Source: Mobula hypostoma (taxonomy: Eukaryota). From it: a stretch of DNA of 64,000 nucleotides. The DNA lies in contig NC_086109.1 of the NCBI RefSeq assembly GCF_963921235.1, forward strand, positions 30,878,001 through 30,942,000. The letters run 5' to 3'. Position numbers and translations under genes: made by a program. The notes under the pieces are model-generated. The model did no database searches, was not told the origin of the DNA, and worked only from the letters and a program-made list of their open reading frames with translations. Shown one piece after another: positions 58,801-64,000 of this stretch (position 1 is the first letter of the stretch; every line of letters begins with the position of its first letter).

Positions 58801-61053
58801 ATTGATAGGATGCAAAACTGGGCTGAGAAGTTACAGATGGAGTTCAACCCAGATCAGTGTGAGGTGATTTATTTTGGTAGGTCCAATATGATGGCACAAT
58901 ATAGTATTAATAGTAAGACTAGTGGCTGTGTGGAGGTTAAGAGGGATCTTGGGGTCCGAGCCCATAGAACACTCAAAGCTGCTGCGCAGGTTGACTGTGT
59001 GGTTAAGAGGCATACGGTGCATTGGCCTTCATCAATCATGGGAATGAGTTTAGGAGCAGAGAGGTAATGTTGCAGCTATATAGGACCCTGGTTAGACCCC
59101 ACTTGGAGTATTTTGTTCAGTTCTGGTCGCCTCACTACAGGAAGGATGTGGAAACCATAGAAAGGGTGTGGAGGAGAATTACAAGGATGTTGCCTGTATT
59201 GGGGAGCATGCCTTATGAGGATAGGTTGAATGAACTCCATCTTTTCTCCTTGGAGAGATGGAGGATGAGAGGTGACCTGATAGAGGTGTATAAGATGATG
59301 AGAGGCATTGATCGTGTGGATAGTCAGAGGCTTTTTCCCAGGGCTGAGATGGCTAGCATGAAAGGGCATAGTTTTAAGGTGCTTGGAAGTAGGTACAGAG
59401 GAGATGTCAGGGGTAAGTTTTTTACACAGAGAGTTGTGAGATTGTAGAATGGGTTGCTGGCGATGGTGGTGGAGGCGGATGTGATAGGATCTTTTAAGAG
59501 ACTCCTGGATAGCTACATTGAGCTTAGGAAAATAGAGGGCTATGGGTAACCCTAGGTAATTTCTAAGGTAAGGGCATGTTCGGCATAGTTTGTGGACCGA
59601 AGGGCCTGTATTGTGCTGTAGGTTTTCTCTGTTTCTATGTTTCTATTTCAATATACAGGTAGATTGGGAAAATCAGTTGGTGCTGGATCCCAAGAGGGGG
59701 AATTTCTAGAATGCCTATGAGATGGATTTTGGAGAAGCTTGGGGTTGAACTCACAAGGGGATCAGGTATTCTGGATTGGGTGTTGTGCAATGAACCAGAA
59801 TTGATTGTAGAGCTTAAGGTAGAGGAACCATTAAGGTACAGTGATCATAATATGATAGAATTCAATTTGCAAATCCGCAATTTGAGAAGGAGAAGCTAAA
59901 GTCAGATGTATCAGTTTTACAGTGGAGTAAAGGGAATTACAGTGGCATGAGAGAGGAGTTGGTTAAAGTTGATTGGAAGAGGACACTAGCAGGGATGACA
60001 GAACAGCAAGGACTGGTGTTTCTAGCAGCTATTCGTAGGGCTCAGCATATATACATTACAGAAAAGAAGGGGTATTCTAAATGCAGGATAACACAACCGT
60101 GGTTGACAAGAGAAGTCAAAGCCAATATAAAATCCAAAGAGAGGGCATATAGTAGAGGAAAAATTAGTGAGAAGTTAGAGGATTGGGAAATCTTTTAAAA
60201 ACCAACAGAAGAGAACTAAAGAAGTCATAAAGAAGGAAAAGATGGAATACGAAGTTAAGCTAGCCAATAATATTAAAGAGGATATCAAAAGTTTCTTCAG
60301 ATATATAAAGTGTTAAAGACAGGCGAGAATGAGTATCAGACCACTGGAAAAAGAGGTGGGGGAGGGGCAAGGAAGTAGCAGACAAACTGAATAAGTATTT
60401 TGCATCAGATGTCCACTGTGAAAAACAGTAGCAGTATGCCAGAATTTTGAGAGTGTCAAGAACTAGAATATAAAAGCAAGGATGTAATGTTAAGGCTTTA
60501 TAAAACACTGGTAAGGCCTCATGGAATATTGTGAACAGTTTTGGGCCCCTTATCTAAGAAAGGAAGTGCTGACATTGTAGAGGGTTCAAAGGAGTTCACA
60601 AAAATGATTCCAGAATGAAAAGACGTCATATGAGAAGCATTTGATGGCTCTAGGCCTCTACTCACTGGAACTCAGAAGAAAGAGGGCTGACCTAATTGAA
60701 ATGTATTGGATGTTGAAAGGTCTCGATAGAGTGTATGTAGAGAGGATGTTTCCTATGGTGGTGGATGACACAGACTCAAATTAGAAGGCTGTCCTTTTTG
60801 AATGGAGATGAGGAGGAATTTTTTTAGCCAGAGAGTGGTGAATCTGTGGAACTTGTTGTCACAGGCAGCTGTGGAGGCTAACTCATTGGGTATATTTAGG
60901 GCAGAGGTTGATAAATTCTTGTTCAGTCAGGTCATGAAAGGATACAGGGAGAAGGCAGGAGATTGGGGCTGAGAGGGAACTGGGTCAGCCATGATGAAAT
61001 GGTAGAGTAGACTCGATGGGCCAAATGGCCTAATTCTGCTCCTATATCTTATG
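55840..61053 (+). mobile_element. Outer CR1 LINE (EN domain, RT deleted) hosting a younger CR1
   Basis: YDVVGITESW...IVMGDF| resumes |NIQVDWE at 59650, then ILDWVLCNEP and SDHNMIEF. Internal deletion near 60460; tail cctatatcttatg. Confidence 0.85.
56262..59646 (+). mobile_element. Near-complete CR1 LINE: ORF1 SGNH-esterase 3' part plus full ORF2 pseudogene
   Basis: ORF1 VVVHIDTNDIGRK...DGLHLN. ORF2 YFNARSI, GITETW, MGDFN, SDHNSI, DFSKAFDKVPH, GVPQGSVLG, KIADDTK, LVRPHLEY. Tail tttctatgtttctat. Confidence 0.95.
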
Positions 61054-61149
61054 TACCTATCGTCTCAAATTCTATCCACTCTGATTCATTTGTTTAGTAT
61101 ATATTATCTACAAAATGTACTGCTGTAACTCGTGTAAACTGCACCTGTA

Positions 61150-61392
61150 GCATCTCCCAACTCCATGACCTCAGTTGAATACCACCATCAAGTCACATCC
61201 ATTCTGAATTGGAAATAAACCACCCGTCCTTCACAGCTGGGTCAAAATCCTGGAGCTCCCTGAAATACTTTGGGAATAGTTTTATTGGAATCCCTGAGCA
61301 GCTCAAAAGGGTGGATGATCAGTCCCTTCTCAAGGACTGTTTGGAATAAATGACTTGCCAGCAGTGCCCAAGTCCTGAAAAATGAATATATT
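61150..61392 (+). mobile_element. Old CR1-clade LINE 3' end
   Basis: gggtcaaaatcctggagctccctg...cccttctcaagg...aataaatgacttgccagcagtgcccaagtcc. Confidence 0.5.
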
Positions 61393-63399
61393 AGAAAGGG
61401 ATAATTTACACACAAGAGTAAAGCTGTAGCAGCAAAAGAGAGAATACAGTAGAGATTCACCAGGATACAGGCAAAATTGGATTGGCATAAGTAGGCATTA
61501 AGGTTGCCATGGATACGATGGGCTAAAAGGACCAATTTCTATGCTGAATGATTTTATGATTCTAGCCTATTATATCTCATGTAGGATTACTTTGTATGCT
61601 TCTGACATGATATATAAGTTGACATCCATCTAAGTAAATTTGACACAAATGTTAACAATTCCACAAAAAAAAAGGAAATAATAATACGACACAGAGACAC
61701 AAGCGCGTACAGATGGTAGAACCTGGAATAACACACAAAGAACTATGGGAACTCAACACGTCAGGGTATCTGTGGAGAGAAATGGATAGGCAGCATTAAG
61801 ATGACAGGATTTGACCCAAAATGCCAACTATCTAAATAAAATAATAACATTGTGTTGAGTTCGAGGGGACAAATAATCCCTTGTTATTACATCATTGTGC
61901 CCTCTATGGAAATACCTTTACTAGAAGGCCTCAGTAAAATTTAGATCTCTGGTGCTCCATGTATGGAACCTTTGACCACCTGGATTTCTTAAAGGTGCTC
62001 TGGTTTCCCCACGCTCTTCCCAATTTTCATGAGTTTATGCCTTATTACTAAATTAATGGGGTGCTACTTTTAGCTATCCAAACCAAATGTTATAATGGAT
62101 GTTAAATTCTTAAATTAGAATATGTGTCCTTTTGTAGGATTCCATGCAACAGCTTGCATGAGAGAATAGGGGCCATTATTTAGTGCCTTCCCTGATCAAG
62201 AATCTTCCACAACCACAGAAGCTATCAAGTGATTTTAATTCTGCACCACCACATCCTGCTCTAAACCCAGTCCCTGGCTGATGACAGCAGTAACATGAAA
62301 CTGAAGTTATTACTCCTGTTGGATAACAAACCATGTAATCAATTTGTGTTGAGTGTGTGGATATTAATTTCCATCAAATTTTTGGCCTTTTATTTGGTTA
62401 CCCAGTGCTGAACTTTGGCCAAAAAAATCAGCTTTAGACTCAAATGTAATGACTGCTTTGAAATTATTTTGTGTAGGTGCATTAATTAACATGGGAAAAT
62501 GAAAAAAAAATGTTACAGATAACTTTTCATAATTCATTTTAACAACTATTTGCAATTTGCATCCATTTTATGACGAATGTTGGTGCTTTGCTGGCAGCAA
62601 TGCTATGTTCTAGTTTCACCTGACTAAGCCGCAATCTGACTCTATTTGTAGTATTAGGCTGGCAGAATTATAAAATTCAATGATCATTTCTGCAAGCTTA
62701 CTTACGTCCAAAATGCAAGGTAGCACTTTCTGTTTTAAGCTACTGGACAATTACCAAGCTTATTTAAAAATAAACCATGCATCCAGGAGTGGTAACAGCT
62801 TGGTCTAACCTTGGAAGAGAAAGCTTTCTGGCTAAATGAGTGTTTTTATTGTAGGCTGGCTGGAACTATGACTGAGACTGACTTCACTTGTACTGTGTAG
62901 GCAGTGGGAAGACATAACATCACATCACAAAGCTATAAAATAGCTCATTTTTTTTTTACATATTCCAGTACTAAGCAGTAAAATATCACAGAAAAGGACA
63001 GACATTCAGACTTGGTCAGTATTGCTACTCACGACAAAGCGGAGTTAGTAATTGTGCGATTCCTCTGAAATGCTTTTCATTCACTCTGAGTTTAATTCCT
63101 TAGTTTTTGAATTACAATAAACTGATGATCTCATGCATTTTGCACCCATGGTCTACAAATTTCTTGGCATATCTCCTTCTTCAGGTACTCAGTAATTTAT
63201 GAAAACAGAATGTTGGTCATGAAATTGGCTCTGCGGCACCTGTTGCTTGGATACTTTGTGCAATGATTTGGCTTGGAGGTTTATGTGTGACATATGCATC
63301 CATATGTTTAGTTGCACATAAGAAGATTGGCTGTTGCTGTAAAGCAAATTAAGTAGAAGTTGGTGACTAGGCAAAGCTCAAACACCATTTATAAATTTA

Positions 63400-64000
63400 C
63401 CAATGACACCACTCTTGGCAGAATCTCAGATAGAAACAAAGAGGCATATAGGTGCTGTTCAGGTGGTGCTGCAATGATAACCTTGCACTCAATGTCAGCA
63501 AGACCAAGGAATTGATTGTGGACTTCAGGAAGTAGAAGTTGAGTGAACCCTCACTAATCCTTATTGAAGGGACATCAGTGGAAAGGGTGAGTAGGTTCTA
63601 ATTCCTGGCTGACAACATCTCTGTAGATCTATTCTAGGCCCCAACGTGACAAAGGGATGCCAGCAGCTACGTGCCTGCATACTTTTGTGCATTGAGTTGC
63701 TGCCAGATAATTGGCTGATTAGATATTTGTATTAATGAGCAGGTGTACAGGTGCACCTACTAAAGTGACTACTGAGTATATACTTCACTAGGAGTTTGAG
63801 GAGATTTGGTAGGACACCAAAAGCTCCAGTAAATTTCTTCAACATACCATTCTGACTGGTCACATCAGCATCTGGTATGGGGGCACCAATCAAAAGACTG
63901 TAAGAGACTTGAGAGAGTTATGGCTCAGCCAACTCCATTAAGGGTACAAGCTTCCCACTATTGAGGACATCTACCAAAGATGATGCCTCAAGAGGATGGC
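63400..64000 (+). mobile_element. Degraded Rex1-clade LINE RT fragment (runs off the window) with a Tc1-MITE piece at 63672-63780
   Basis: CNDNLALNVSKTKELIVDFRK and VERVSRF*FL. The insert ends caggtgcacctactaaagtgactactgagTA. Confidence 0.8.

Noticed and set aside
63165..63280. Strong acceptor atctccttcttcag at 63184 as the next TAFA5 exon
   Set aside because: No frame encodes the expected RIIKTKQWCDMLPC, and all frames close quickly.
1..64000. A novel multi-gene or prokaryote-type system
   Set aside because: All long ORFs are explained by known TE classes, and the only host coding sequence found is one TAFA5 exon.

Overview
This is vertebrate genomic DNA: AT-rich, CpG-depleted and heavily repetitive. 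The repeat set (HE1/V-SINE-type SINEs, many CR1 LINEs, Rex1, Penelope-derived short elements) points to a cartilaginous fish, probably a ray; that taxon call is inference. The only host coding sequence I found is a 150-bp internal exon of TAFA5 (FAM19A5) at 47524-47673 (+), which the ORF track misses. The flanking exons were not found, so the rest of the window appears to be two very large TAFA5 introns. The introns hold CR1, Rex1, RTE, HERO and Penelope retroelements, a decayed Gypsy provirus with nested insertions, two related solo LTRs, a Tc1 DD34E transposon, an internally deleted hAT, several MITEs, and unique stretches that may be conserved enhancers. Most listed ORFs are TE fragments or spurious. 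I found no clearly new multi-gene system. The best leads are a hammerhead ribozyme motif in the Penelope terminus and its short derivatives, a young 315-bp (TAG)n-tailed insert, a structured RTE-type 5' leader, LTRs with swapped 5' segments, and a nested fold-back mariner MITE. Family names come from motif recognition, not database searches, and boundaries of old elements are approximate.
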